From positions 768,001 to 832,000 of the forward strand of contig CP086569.2 of assembly GCA_009914755.4 (NCBI GenBank): a stretch of DNA of 64,000 nucleotides. The letters run 5' to 3'. The position numbers and the translations under genes are program-made. This document shows positions 1 through 21,161 of the stretch, piece after piece. This stretch comes from the human T2T-CHM13v2.0 reference genome, Homo sapiens. Each line of letters opens with the position of its first letter. Position 1 is the first letter of the stretch. Below the pieces are notes generated by a model. The model saw only the letters and a list, made by a program, of their open reading frames with translations. It was not told the DNA's origin and searched no databases.

Positions 1-319
1 TGTGGCGTTTGATGTTCAGGCAGGGGCCACCTGGGTCGGCCTGTCATCGAATGACGTTTTCACACCAGTCCCCAAAGCAGGAGATCTGGAAAATCTGACA
101 TCCAAGGTTTTAGATCTTGGCTTAGAAAAATAGACATTCCAAGATGCCTGAAGTGTTTAAGTGGCTATTGCTAATTGGATGGTGTTGACTGTGGAGGTAA
201 ATGGATCCCAAATTGAAATGGGAGATTAGATGATTAGACGTATTCTCCAGACGCTTACAAAAACAATTATGTGTGTGCGTGTGTGTGTGGAGAGAGAGAT
301 AGAAAGGTATATTGACAGA

Positions 320-2470
<2,151 letters not shown>

Positions 2471-3644
2471 AACTCCCCAGTCTGCCTAAGATATTTTCTG
2501 TTATTTTATAAGACATAACCCTCATGAGTTCTTTTCTATCTGCTGCTGCTGTTATTCTGAAAATAGTGTAAAGTTTTGGAGTTTCAGGTACAAGAGGACC
2601 CTGCAGATATCAGCCACCTGCTTTTCCCTCCCTTCCTGGGGAGGTTCGGTTCTGCCTCACACGCACTCACTCCTACATCCCTGTGGGTCTCAGAGCTGCC
2701 CCCTCCTTGTCTGCAAAGAGGGAGGTGTGGTACCCACTCCGGGGACCCCCTCCATCCTTGGAGCACTCAGTGTGCAAGTCAGCCTGGCTTTCTCCTTCAC
2801 AGACAAGTGGCATTGTCACAAGACAGCGTGGGCCACTCAGGGGACTCTCACCGTCATGAGGCTGGCATTGAGTGACACTGCGTTAGAGACAGAGGCAACC
2901 TCGAAAGGCATATGGGCCCTGCTTCCCTCTTCTCAGAAACGAGGAGAGCCTCTGGTAGACAAACCACACAATGATCTTTTGGGGTGAAACCTCAGGCTCT
3001 GTTCACTCACTGGCATTGTCAAACCACTGGCATTGTCAAACCACACCTGCAAAGAGCTGGCAAACTATTCCCTAAGCACAGAAATCCTCACGCTTATCTG
3101 GGGCCATTCTGAGCCCTGCAGGTGGCTAGGGAGAGAGCCATAAGGTATTTCTTGTGGCAGGGGCGGGGGCCCTCTCTGGCATTCTCAGGGCTGCCCCCAG
3201 AACCTGGAATCAAGCAGGAGAGAGAAGGACATCATCTAGAGAAGGCTTGCTCTCCGTGAGGCCGTGGAGTCCTGCCCCAGCGGAAAATAAACTTCTTAAT
3301 ACGATTGAGATCAACAGACCGGGCTTTTCTCTGTGATACATTTAAGCAAATTGAATGTAATTACCTCAATTGAATTCAGAGCAAGGCCTGCCCTGACCTT
3401 CCGCTGAAGCGTTCTGCCCGCTTGGGGAGCAGGCCGGGGCACACATGACATCATTTGGACAATTTGCACATATTTATACAATTTGTCATTATTCCATCTG
3501 TACAGGCTGGAGGCTGAGAGGTTTGCCTCCAGCACCGCTGTGAAATCAGGCCTGTGAGAATGACGTGCTGGACATACCTCTTGTGTGTGCTATTTACTTC
3601 GAATTCAAGTATACATGGTCACTAGTGGGGGGAGTGGGGTGGAC

Positions 3645-3679
3645 GTGTGTGTGTGTGTGTATGTGTGTGTGTGTGTGTG
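3645..3679. repeat. (GT)n dinucleotide microsatellite
   Basis: gtgtgtgtgtgtgtgtatgtgtgtgtgtgtgtgtg. Confidence 0.95.
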
Positions 3680-4454
3680 CCGGGCAGAAGATGCAAATCC
3701 ATTGACACAAATCAACAAGCAATGTTATGATATAAGGGAGGGAAATGAAGCCAGCAGGTGCTATAATACGTGTCAAAAAAAAATCTGTTCTAAGCTTATG
3801 CCGCTGTAAGACAACAGACAGCTGTGTAGAGGTGTGGCTTCAGTGACGGCCGAGGAAGGGTTATCTGCAGGTACAGCCATGCCATGTCAGAGGTGTCTGT
3901 ATTCCGACCTCAGGCACCGAGGTCCTGCCCACGAATGTTGTGGTAACGTGGGGATATATTTGAAGGAAAACAGAGAGGTGTCTGGATGGCCTGTTTTGTT
4001 GCAGGAAGCAAACCAGCATGATGCAGGCAGCCTGAACTGAGAAAAGGAGGTTTCCAGATTTCCAGAGACACACTGAGTTCACTTCCATGCACCAGGGAGA
4101 AAAGCTCATTCAGGGACCTCCGCTGTATTACGAAGTTTCATTTCTCCTGCAATGGGAGTCCACAGCAGCCTCGTGGAGGGGACATTCCTCCCAGCCTGCG
4201 TATCATAGACTCAGCTACAGGCTTAGGGTCCTCAGGTTGCCCAAGGATGCTGGAGGTCCACAGGTCAACTGCAGGGAGACGGATTCCCCAAATGAGCAAG
4301 AGGGTTCTGGTGCTGAGGAAATAGATTAGTAGCTCCTGGCAGGTGTGGCTTCACGACCGTAAGGAAATGGAGGCAAAGAGTTGTTGGGCATGTAGAACTT
4401 TCATTTCTTCCACATTTATTCAGAGAAACGGCATATGCATTTTTGGTAGAAGTA

Positions 4455-5955
4455 CGTCCCATGCAATATTGCTGTTGATCTCGAATTCAAGTGTACCTGG
4501 GCACGCATGCATACTGCTGTTCACCTCGAATTCAAGTGTACCCGGGCATGCATCTGTTCTGCTATTTATCTTGAATTCAAGTATACCTGGGCACGCATGC
4601 ATACTGCTGTTCACCTCGAATTCAAGTGTACCTGGGCACGCATGCATACTGCTGTTCACCTCGAATTCAAGTGTACCTGGGCATGCATCCATACTGCTGT
4701 TCACCTCGAATTCAAGTGTACCTGGGCAAGCATGCATACTGCTGTTCACCTCGAATTCAAGTGCACCTGAGCACGCATCTGTTCTGCTGTTTATGTAGAA
4801 TTCAAGTATACCTGGGCATGCATGCATACTGCTGTTTATCTCGAATTCAAGTATACCTAGGCACGCATGCATACTGCTGTTCACCTCGAATTCAAGTGTA
4901 CCTGGGCATGCATCCATACTGCTGTTCACCTCGAATTCCAGTGTACCTGGGCACGCATGCATACTGCTGTTCACCTCGAATTCAAGTGTACCCGGGCATG
5001 CATCCATACTGCTGTTTATCTCGAATTCAAGTGTACCTGGGCACGCATCTGTTCTGCTGTTTATCTCGAATTCAAGTGTACCTGGGCATGCATCCATACT
5101 CCTGTTCACCTCGAATTCAAGTGTACCTGGGCATGCATCCATACTCCTGTTCACCTCGAATTCAAGTGTACCTGGGCACGCATGCATACTGCTGTTCACC
5201 TCGAATTCAAGTGTACCTGAGCATGCATCCATACTGCTGTTCACCTCGAATTCAAGTGTACCTGGGCACGCATCTGTTCTGCTGTTTATCTCGAATTCAA
5301 GTGTACCTGGGCACGCATCCATACTCCTGTTCACCTCGAATTCAAGTGTACCTGGGCATGCATCCATACTGCTGTTCACCTCGAATTCAAGTGTACCTGG
5401 GCATGCATCCATACTCCTGTTCACCTCGAATTCAAGTGTACCTGGGCATGCATCCATACTGCTGTTTATCTCGAATTCAAGTGTACCTGGGCATGCATCC
5501 ATACTCCTGTTCACCTCGAATTCAAGTGTACCTGGGCATGCATCCATACTCCTGTTCACCTCGAATTCAAGTGTACCTGGGCACGCATGCATACTGCTGT
5601 TCACCTCGAATTCAAGTGTACCTGGGCACGCATCTGTTCTGCTGTTTATCTCGAATTCAAGTGTACCTGGGCACGCATCCATACTCCTGTTCACCTCGAA
5701 TTCAAGTGTACCTGGGCATGCATCCATACTCCTGTTCACCTCGAATTCAAGTGTACCTGGGCATGCATCCATACTGCTGTTTATCTCGAATTCAAGTGTA
5801 CCTGGGCATGCATCCATACTGCTGTTCACCTCGAATTCAAGTGTACCTGGGCACGCATCTGTTCTGCTGTTTATCTCCAACTCAAATGTACCTGAGCATG
5901 CAACTGTTCTGCTGTTTACCTCGAATTCCACTCTACCTGGGTACGCATGCCGTAC
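4455..5955. repeat. 45-bp minisatellite (VNTR), ~33 copies. The consensus is about cacctcgaattcaagtgtacctgggcacgcatgcatactgctgtt and every unit carries a GAATTC (EcoRI) site.
   Basis: 'ttcaag' recurs every 45 bp (e.g. 4621 and 4666). Three unit variants alternate (gcatgcatactgctgttcacc, gcatccatactcctgttcacc, gcatctgttctgctgtttatc). ORF-track proteins show a 15-aa periodicity on both strands. Confidence 0.95.
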
Positions 5956-6821
5956 TTTGATTGGTTAACTAGAGAGATTTGAAAAGCAAACGATCATTAT
6001 TTTCCCCAAGTTTCAACTTTGTTCAGATAGAAGCTAAGAAATTCCACACCATGTATATATTCCTTGTAAAGTTTGCCCAGTACCTGAGCCAGCACCTAGG
6101 GATGGAAGGGCAGACAGTGGAGGTTGGGGTGCACACAGATTTGGGTGACCCAGACCAAATCTGATCTCCTAGAACCAAGAGATCCCACAGAGACAGGACA
6201 AATTGGCCTGTTTGGGGCCGGCGTGCTGCAGGATCCCAGACGCCACTCAACGGCCGCCCCATCGCACTGGAAACCTCAGAATATATTTGTGAACTCACTA
6301 CAAAAGACTACATCAAACCAGATGAGGCGTGACGGAATTAAAGTCTGGGAGTCAGAGAATGGCCGTGGCCTGAAGCCAGGTGTGAGGCAGCGTTTCAGGC
6401 CCCGAGGACGGTTGTTCCAATTACAGCCCGGGATGACCTCATGCCGAGGGTATGGCCAGAATATTAAAAATTCCTGCAGCAGATGAATGCGAGGGGTCTG
6501 GCGTGAGGGGACCGGGGAGGGGTGCAAACATGTTTCATTTTATTTCAACACTCAGCCTCGACCCGCACGGCGGTCAGAGAGGAAATTGCCGGCTCCCTGC
6601 CTCATGTTCTGCTGATTGGCAGACAGATTTACAGCACATGGAAGAAACAATTAGGACGGAGCCTCCACCGACTACAAAGCAAGGAAATAAATTCCCATAA
6701 TGAGACGGCCAAACGCACAAGGTACGAATGATCTATGGGCTCGTGTCTAGGGTATAAAATGTCAAAACGCCCCGGGGTCGTGCTGAGTGGTTCTCTGTGA
6801 CAGATGGTGCACAGATTGTTG

Positions 6822-9616
<2,795 letters not shown>

Positions 9617-9646
9617 AAATCTGTCTAATCTATCTATCTATCTATC

Positions 9647-9689
<43 letters not shown>

Positions 9690-10090
9690 ATCTATCTATC
9701 TATCTATCATCTATCTATCAATTTCTAGTTTATCAATCATCTATCTATCAATCATCTATCTCTCTAATTTATTATCCGTTTATGTACCTATCTCATCTAT
9801 CTATGTGTGTATCTATTATCTATCTCTAATTTATTTCTCATCCATATATCTATCATCTATCCTCTCATCTCTATCTGTTTATCATCTACCTGTTTATCCA
9901 TCATCTATCTCTAATTTATTTACTACCCATTTATCTATCTCATCTATCGTTTCTGTCTTTCTATCATCTATGTGTGTATGTATCTATCATCTATCTCTAA
10001 TTTATTTATTATCTATATGTATCTATCTATCTATCTATCTATCTTCATCATCATCATCATCATCATCATCATTTATGTATCTATCATCCA
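9617..10090. repeat. (TCTA)n compound microsatellite with a terminal (ATC)9 run (10046-10075)
   Basis: ctatctatctatcatctatctatc...catcatcatcatcatcatcatcat. The plus strand is pyrimidine-rich. Confidence 0.95.
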
Positions 10091-10182
10091 GGCAGGGCAG
10101 GAGAGGAGAAGAATGAATTATCTAATATAACCCTGAAAAACATGGGACCATATTTCTACCACTTCCCAGAATTAAGTCTAAC

Positions 10183-10396
10183 ACAGGCTTTTTCAGCCCT
10201 GGCACAGCTGACATTTGGGGCTGGAGGACTCTCTGTGGTGGGGCCGTCCTGGGCACTGTAGGGTGTTGAGCAGCGGCCCTGGGCTCCCCAAGCAGGTGCT
10301 AGGGCCACCCTCTCCCCAGCTGTGAAAACCAAAGATGTCTCCAGACATTGTCCAGTGTCCTCTGGGGGACAAAATTATCCCTGGTTGCAAACCACT
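10183..10396 (-). mobile_element. MER5A-like hAT-Charlie non-autonomous DNA transposon, near full length
   Basis: The plus strand reads caggctttttcagccctggcacagctgacatttgggg...cactgtagggtgttgagcagcggccctgg...aaccaaagatgtctccagacattgtccagtgtcctctgggggacaaaattatccctggttgcaaaccact. This is the reverse complement of the MER5A consensus as I recall it (CAGTGGTTCTCAACC...GGGGACATTTGGCAATGTCTGGAGACATTTTTGGTTGTCACAACTGG...). Confidence 0.65.
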
Positions 10397-10399
10397 TCC

Positions 10400-10433
10400 A
10401 TAGACAGACAGATAGACAGATAGATGATAGATC

Positions 10434-10485
<52 letters not shown>

Positions 10486-10738
10486 GGATGGATGATGGAT
10501 AGACTAGAAATTGATAGATGATAGATAGACGATAGATTACATAGACAGATAGATGATAGATTAGGTAGATAGATAGATGATGGGTAAACTAGAAATTGAT
10601 AGATGATAGATGATAGATAGATAGATGATAGATTAGATAGATGATGGATGAACTAGAAATTGATAGATGATAGACAGATGATAGATTAGATAGATATAGA
10701 TTAGATAGATAGATGATGGATAAACTAGAAATTGATAG

Positions 10739-10783
<45 letters not shown>

Positions 10784-11569
10784 GCTAAAAAACTGGAAGT
10801 ACATGATAGATTAGATTGATAGATGAGAGATTGCAGATAGGTAGATAAGATAGATGATACATAATGAAAGGAAGATGATAGGTGATTGATGAATTAGAGA
10901 CAAATAGATAAAAAGACAATAAATAAAGTTGAGATAGATATGATAGATAGATAGATAATAGGTAGATGGATATATACATGGATATATTGATAATAGAGGA
11001 AATAGATGAGAGATGATAGATATGATAAATGATAACTACATAGGTGATTGATAGACAATAAGTGATTGATACATATATAAATTGCAGATAGATTAGAGAT
11101 AGATAAATGGAGACAGACAATAGATAGATAGATGATAGATAGATGGATAGATAGATAGATAGATAGATAGATAGAATGGATGGATAAATGATGGATGGAT
11201 GGATGGATGGATGGATGAATGATGGATGAATAGATGGAAGGATGGTGGATGGATGGATGAATAAATGGATGGTTAGATAGATGATAAATAGATAATAGAT
11301 AGGTAGGTAGGTAGATAGATAGATAGACGATAGATAGAATGAATGGATGGACAAATGATGGATAGATGGATGGATGGATGGATGGATGGATGGTGGATGG
11401 ATGGATGGATGGTGGATGGATGGATGAATAGATGGATGGATAGATAAATGATAGATGATAAATAGATAAATAATAGGTAGATAGATAGACGATAGATTTG
11501 ATAGATAGATGATAGATTTGATAGATGATAGATTTGATAGATAGATAGATAGATGATAGGTAGATAGAT

Positions 11570-11621
<52 letters not shown>

Positions 11622-11645
11622 GCAGATGATGGCTAGGTAGATCTA
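10400..11645. repeat. (GATA)n/(GGAT)n/(GATG)n compound microsatellite, opposite polarity to 9617-10090
   Basis: agatagatagatag..., ggatggatggatgg..., gatagatttgatagatagatgatag. Confidence 0.95.
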
Positions 11646-12439
11646 ACAGCATGGAGAAGCCGGTGCCATCTGGGACCCTTTGGTGTAGGTGGGGTCAGGT
11701 ACCCCAACTCGCAGAAGCAGAATTGGGGCTGAGCTCCAGGACACGCTGCTGCTTTGAGTCCAGCTGGTGGGAAGAGCTGTGGACAGGGCACCCCCTAGGC
11801 ACCTGCCCATCCCTCCACCCATGCATCAGCCCCCAAGCTCAGTGCCCGGGTTCTCTCAGGGGGAAAATGAGCTCTCGGATCTTTTCACTAAATTCCTTTT
11901 GTGCATAAGCCAGCTGGGGTGAGTCTCACTAGTTCACAACTACAAGCACCGATGAACCAGCTGCAGCCACGCCTCCAGTCTGGGTCACTGGACAGATGTA
12001 AAAAGGAGAGACATGAACTCAGGTGTCCTGGAGGGATTTCCTGAGGCACAAGGAGTGGGTTTCCTGGACCTGGAAAATGTCTCATCACCTGTGCTGTGGG
12101 TCACTGCCCACATATGTGCAGACATGAGCTCAAACGTCAGCAGGGTTCAAACCCTAGAGCTGGAAGCTGCCACAGAGGTCATTGGTGAAGACGCTTCCTT
12201 TTAAAGATGGGGAAACCAAGGCGGATGATTTTCATTCTTTGCTGCACGGCCTCCCTCTGGACTCTGTCCCCACCTCCCATGGGAAATTCCCTGTAGGAAT
12301 CCCAAATGGAGGCGCTGAGATGGCAGCCGTCAAAGCCAAATGTGGACATGGATTGAAGACATACCACCGGCTCCTGTACGAGTCAGGATTCTCCACAGGA
12401 CCCCAGAGGAAGGGCTCACTTCTCCAACGAGTGACTCAC

Positions 12440-12860
12440 ATGAACTACCAAAGTGGGACCTAAATTCATCAGCAAGTCATCCTCTCCAAGCCCTGGAGAA
12501 TGGAAGTCTGAGATCAAGGTGTGGGCAGAAACGTGCTTCCTCTGGAAGCTCTAGGGGAGGGTCCTTCCTGCCTCTCCCAGCTCCTGGGGCTCCAGGTGTC
12601 CCTGGGCTTGTGGCCACTTCACTGCAGTCTCTGCCTCCATCTCCACGTGGCCTTCTCCCCTGTGTCTGTGTCCCCTCTTCTGTCTCTTACAAGGACACCT
12701 GTCATTGTGTTTAGGGCCCATCCTAATTCGGGATGATCTCGTTTCCAGATCCTTAATCACATCTGCAAAGACCCTTTTTCCAAATGAGGTCCCATTCCCA
12801 GGTTCTGGGGGTTATTACGTGAATATGTGCTTCTGAGGGCCACTGTTCAATCCATTACAA
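12440..12860 (-). mobile_element. MLT1-family (MaLR) LTR, minus orientation, reaching the 5' end of the LTR
   Basis: Contains ggagaatggaagtctgagatcaaggtgtgggcag, ctctaggggagggtccttcctgcctctcccagctcctgg, ccacgtggccttctcccctgtgtctgtgtcccctcttctgtctcttacaagg and taatcacatctgcaaagaccctttttccaaatgaggtcccattcccaggttctggggg...caatccattacaa. These are the reverse complement of remembered MLT1 consensus blocks. Confidence 0.65.
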
Positions 12861-12861
12861 T

Positions 12862-13190
12862 TGTATCCAGTTCCTTCTGCAGGCTCTAGGGGAGGGTCCT
12901 TCCTGCCTCTCTCAGCTCCTGGGGGCTCCAGGCATCCCTGGGCTTGTGGCCACATCACTCCAGTCTCTGCCTTCATCTCTATGTGGCCTTCTCCTCTGTG
13001 ACTGTGTCTCCTCTTCTGTCTCTTAGAAGGACACCTGTCATTAGATTTAGGGCCCACCCTACTCCAGGATGATCCCATCTCAAGATCCTTCACCTAATTA
13101 CATCTGCAAAGACCCTGTTTCCAAATAAGGTCACTTTCCCAGGATCCGGGTGGACATATCTTTTGGGGAGGCCTCCATTGAGCCCACTGC
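12862..13190 (-). mobile_element. Partial direct duplicate of the preceding MLT1, covering its internal and 5' portion
   Basis: Restarts at ggctctaggggagggtccttcctgcctctctcagctcctgggggctccaggcatccctgggcttgtggccac and runs to atctgcaaagaccctgtttccaaataaggtcactttcccagg. This is about 85-90% identical to 12535-12800. Confidence 0.6.
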
Positions 13191-13523
13191 CCACACACAG
13201 TCTGGCCTGAGGCATCCCCACATTGGAAATTCCACAGCGTCAGCTCTGACTTCTGGCCTCACTACATCCCCAAGCCTCACTCTGTTTTGGGAACTGGTCA
13301 CTGACTCCCAGCTCTGGGCCTGGGTCTGTCCCTGTGTCTCTGTTCTGGTGGTTTCCAGCCTGACTTCATTACTTCCTGGACCCCACTTCTCCCTCTGGAG
13401 TCCACACCCTTCGTCAATTGGGCAACTGGGACCCTTGAGAGGCTCATCTGTCCCTGCCACCTGTCTCAACTCTGAATTCCCTCTCATCCCTCACCTCCTG
13501 GGATCCAACCCACCTCACATTGG

Positions 13524-14583
13524 TATCTATCTATGTGTCTGTCTGTCTGTCTATCTATCTGTCTGTCTGTCTGTCTATCCATCCATCCATCCATCTATCT
13601 ATGTATCTATGTATCTGTGTACTAGCTATCTATCCATCCATCTATGTATCTATGTATCTATCCATCCATCTATCCATCCATCCATCCATCTATGCATCTA
13701 TCTATTTATCTATCATCTATCATCTTTCTGTTTTTCTATCATCTTTTTATCTATCATCTATCTATCCATCTATGTATCTATGTATGTATGTATCTATCTA
13801 TCATCTATCATCCATCTGTCTATGTATCTATGTATCATGTATCATCTATCTATCTATCTAATCTATTATCTATCTATCTATCCATCATCTATATTCTATT
13901 GATTGCATATATTATCATCTATCATGTATGTATCTATCTATCCACCTATGTATCATCAGTCTTTCTATAAATCATTCATCTGTCTATCTTCTATCTTCCA
14001 TCTACCTGTCTATTATCTATGTATCTATAGAACCATCCATTCATCTACTATCTATGTATCTATCCATTATCTATCTACCTATTTCTCGACCTATCTATTT
14101 CTCTATCATCTATTTATTCTCATCTATCATTTAACTATCGATCGATCTCATCTATTATCTATCATCAGTCTATTAATCATCAATCTATCATCAATCTATC
14201 TATGTATCAATCTGTCATGTATCTATCATCAGTCTATCAATCATCCATCTATCTATCTTCTATTTTCTATCTATCACCTATGTAACTATAGATCTATCCA
14301 TTCGTCTATCTATCTACTATCTGTGTATCTATCTATCCATTATCTATCTGTCTATGTATCTATTTATCTATTCTCATCTATCATCTAACTTTTGATTGAT
14401 CTCATCTATTATCTATCTATCATGAGTCTATTAATCATCAACCTATCATCAATCTATGTGTCCATGTATCTGTCTGTCATGTATCTATCTATCTATCATC
14501 AGTCTATCATCTGTCTATCATCAGTCTATCAGCTATCTATCATCTATCTACGTATTTATCATCTATCTATCTATCTGTGTATC
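13524..14583. repeat. (TCTA)n/(TCTG)n/(TCCA)n compound microsatellite, pyrimidine-rich on the plus strand
   Basis: ctatctatgtgtctgtctgtctgtctatctatc...catccatccatccatc... Confidence 0.95.
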
Positions 14584-15009
14584 CCGGCCACATTCCCTGG
14601 GCTGAATGTGATCCCTAATGCTTGCCTCTCTTGTTGCCCAGACATCTCCGTCAGATACCAGACGGGACCTTCTCCCTTTCTCTGCAACGGAAGCATCAGT
14701 TCTAAGCCAGGCCCCATCCATCCTGGCTGCTCAGAGGAACTGTGGTTAGAGAAAAGCTATCAAGCTTTTCTCTAACCACAGTTCCTCTGAGTGGTGTCTG
14801 CACAGAATGCAGGACAGAAACAGAAGGACAGGGGAAGTGGAGTGGGTGCTGTTGAGCAAGGACGCCTTAGTAAACATTTAGGGATGGGGTCAAATGAGGT
14901 GTGGAAATGGCAGTTCTGTTTCCCAATTCATGAGAACATATTTGAGAAAGAAAAAGGTGGGGCTAGAAGAAATATATGAGAGGATGCATGGTATCATTTA
15001 AGAGATGCT

Positions 15010-15017
15010 ATTTTTTT

Positions 15018-15050
<33 letters not shown>

Positions 15051-15098
15051 AGACAGAGTCTCGCTCTGTTGCCCAGGCTGGAGTGCAGTAGGAGATGT
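15010..15098 (-). mobile_element. Alu 3'-terminal fragment, ~55 bp plus a poly-T tail
   Basis: t(40)gagacagagtctcgctctgttgcccaggctggagtgcagt, then non-Alu sequence. Confidence 0.8.
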
Positions 15099-15130
15099 TA
15101 TCTCTTAAACATTTTAAAATACCTTCATGA

Positions 15131-16700
<1,570 letters not shown>

Positions 16701-16730
16701 GTGTATTGTTTTAATTCTTATTTTGACTGA

Positions 16731-17100
<370 letters not shown>

Positions 17101-17531
17101 GAAAGGATCTTTTCAAAAATAGTAGACAATATATGAAGTGTCCAATTTCTCTACATCCTTCTCCTCCTCACCAACTCTTGTGATTTTCCATTTTTTAAGG
17201 AATCATAACTGCTTCCGGTGAATGCAAAATCACATATTTGCTACATAACGCCCATTTGTGGAGTAAGCAAGTCGACCTGAATTTCACACGCTGCTTTAAA
17301 CTTTTCTTATGCAAATTTGCAAATCCAGAATCCGGGAGAAGATTATCTGGAAGCATTCCCATCAACTGTTTTCCATGCACCTGTTTCTTTGAGGCTGTGA
17401 TATTTTAAGGCAATAGTCCAGACATTACATCATTTAGCCTAAAATTACTTTAGGATGTAAATCTAACAGATAATAACATGTTTTATTTCATAACCAGAAC
17501 ACTAATTATGAAGCCTTCATAATAACAGTAA

Positions 17532-17924
<393 letters not shown>

Positions 17925-17989
17925 TGAAACAAGGTCACCTTGTTATATTTACTGATTTTTCTCAAGTATCTCTTTAAAATGAGACCTGA

Positions 17990-19190
17990 GACAAATGTAT
18001 ATAATTATATATATATTTATATTACTTTATAATATATAATTATATATTAATTATAATATATTATTCATATATCATATATAAATATAATATATATATTATG
18101 TTATATAAATATATCATATGTATATTATGTTATATAAATATATCATATACATTATGTTATATAAATATACAATATATACATTATGTTATATAAATATACA
18201 ATATATACATTATGTTATATAAATATATAATGTATACATTATGTTATATAAATATATAATGTATACATTATGTTATATAAATATATAATGTATACATTAT
18301 GTTATATAAATATATAATGTATACATTATGTTATATAAATATATAATGTATATATTATGTTATATAAATATATAATGTATATATTATGTTATATAAATAT
18401 ATAATGTATATATTATGTTATATAAATATATAATATATATATTATGTTATATAAATATATAATATATATATTATGTTATATAAATATATAATATATATTA
18501 TGTTATATAAATATATAATATATATTTATATTATGTTATATAAATATATAATATATATTTATATTATGTTATATAAATATATAATATATATTATGTTATA
18601 TAAATATATAATATATATATTATGTTATATAAATATATAATATATATATTATGTTATATAAATATATAATATATATATTATGTTATATAAATATATAATA
18701 TATATATTATGTTATATAAATATATAATATATATTATGTTATATAAATATATAATATATATTATGTTATATAAATATATTATATATATATTATGTTATAT
18801 AAATATATTATATATATTATGTTATATAAATATATAATATATATTATGTTATATAAATATATAATATATATATTATGTTATATAAATATATAATATATAT
18901 ATTATGTTATATAAATATGTATAAATTATATATTTAAATATATAATTTAAATAATATTAAACAATATTTAATATAACATATATTATATATCAATATATAA
19001 TGTAATACTATATAATAATTATTAATATTAACTAATTATTGATATTCATTAAGTATTAATAATACCATGATTGTTAATATAATAAATATTCTATGTTATA
19101 TAATAAATAATATAAATATATATGATATATTAAGTATAATATAATTTTATAATAAATATGTTATATTGTTATATTATTTTATATATTTTT
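17990..19190. repeat. AT-rich minisatellite. The core at 18100-18920 has a 28-31-bp unit, about tatgttatataaatatataatatatatat.
   Basis: 'tatgttatataaatata' recurs at a regular spacing of ~29-31 bp. The region is essentially 100% A+T. Confidence 0.9.
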
Positions 19191-19247
19191 CTATGTAAAA
19201 AATGCACTGAGGTGAGCTTCACACAACATAAAATTAACCATTTTTAA

Positions 19248-19689
<442 letters not shown>

Positions 19690-20146
19690 TAATACAGTTT
19701 GATTAGATCAAGCCACACTTCACAACTCCATGCAGCCCCTATGCCTCCAGGCCTGAAGGAGTTAACGCTAATTCTTTTTATGTTGGAGATTACCATTTTA
19801 TTACCAATGCTTTGTGAAAGTGCCATTATCATAAAATTGAAAACCGTCATCAAATTCTCTCCACGTGAAGAGGGGAGGCTTTTAGATGTGGGAGCGATTC
19901 TGACGACGCTGAAGGGTAGCAATTACCCTGTGACCATCCTCTGCGTGGAGGATTAAAAATAATCATTAAAGTAATGAGGCGTGAGTGGGATTTAAGGAAC
20001 TCTCGCCGTAGTTAATTTGTTTTTGTAGTGAATTATTTAAATCTTCTTCCCGGGCCCCCATGCCTCCCATTTTTGTTTGGAAAAGAGACGTGCATTAACG
20101 GTTCTTAGAAGTGTACGTGGGGTGAAGCTGGTAATTAATAATATGA

Positions 20147-21161
<1,015 letters not shown>

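Noticed and set aside
2576-2990. 99-aa and 86-aa ORFs in unique sequence near 2.6-3.0 kb (and similar 60-120-aa ORFs at 6124-6486, 12340-12714, 23341-23892, 32107-32529 and 38189-38470) as possible exons
   Set aside because: ORFs of this length are expected by chance in about 60 kb of six-frame translation of 50-60% GC DNA. The products are low-complexity or have no recognisable domain motifs. Several overlap antisense ORFs of similar length, and I cannot support splice sites or conservation from the sequence alone.
4420-5960. Very long ORFs (503 aa minus, 444 aa plus) across the 45-bp array
   Set aside because: The period is a multiple of 3 and the repeat lacks stop codons in all frames on both strands. 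The products are perfect 15-aa reiterations of the DNA unit, with no start or splice context. This is a translation artefact of a VNTR.
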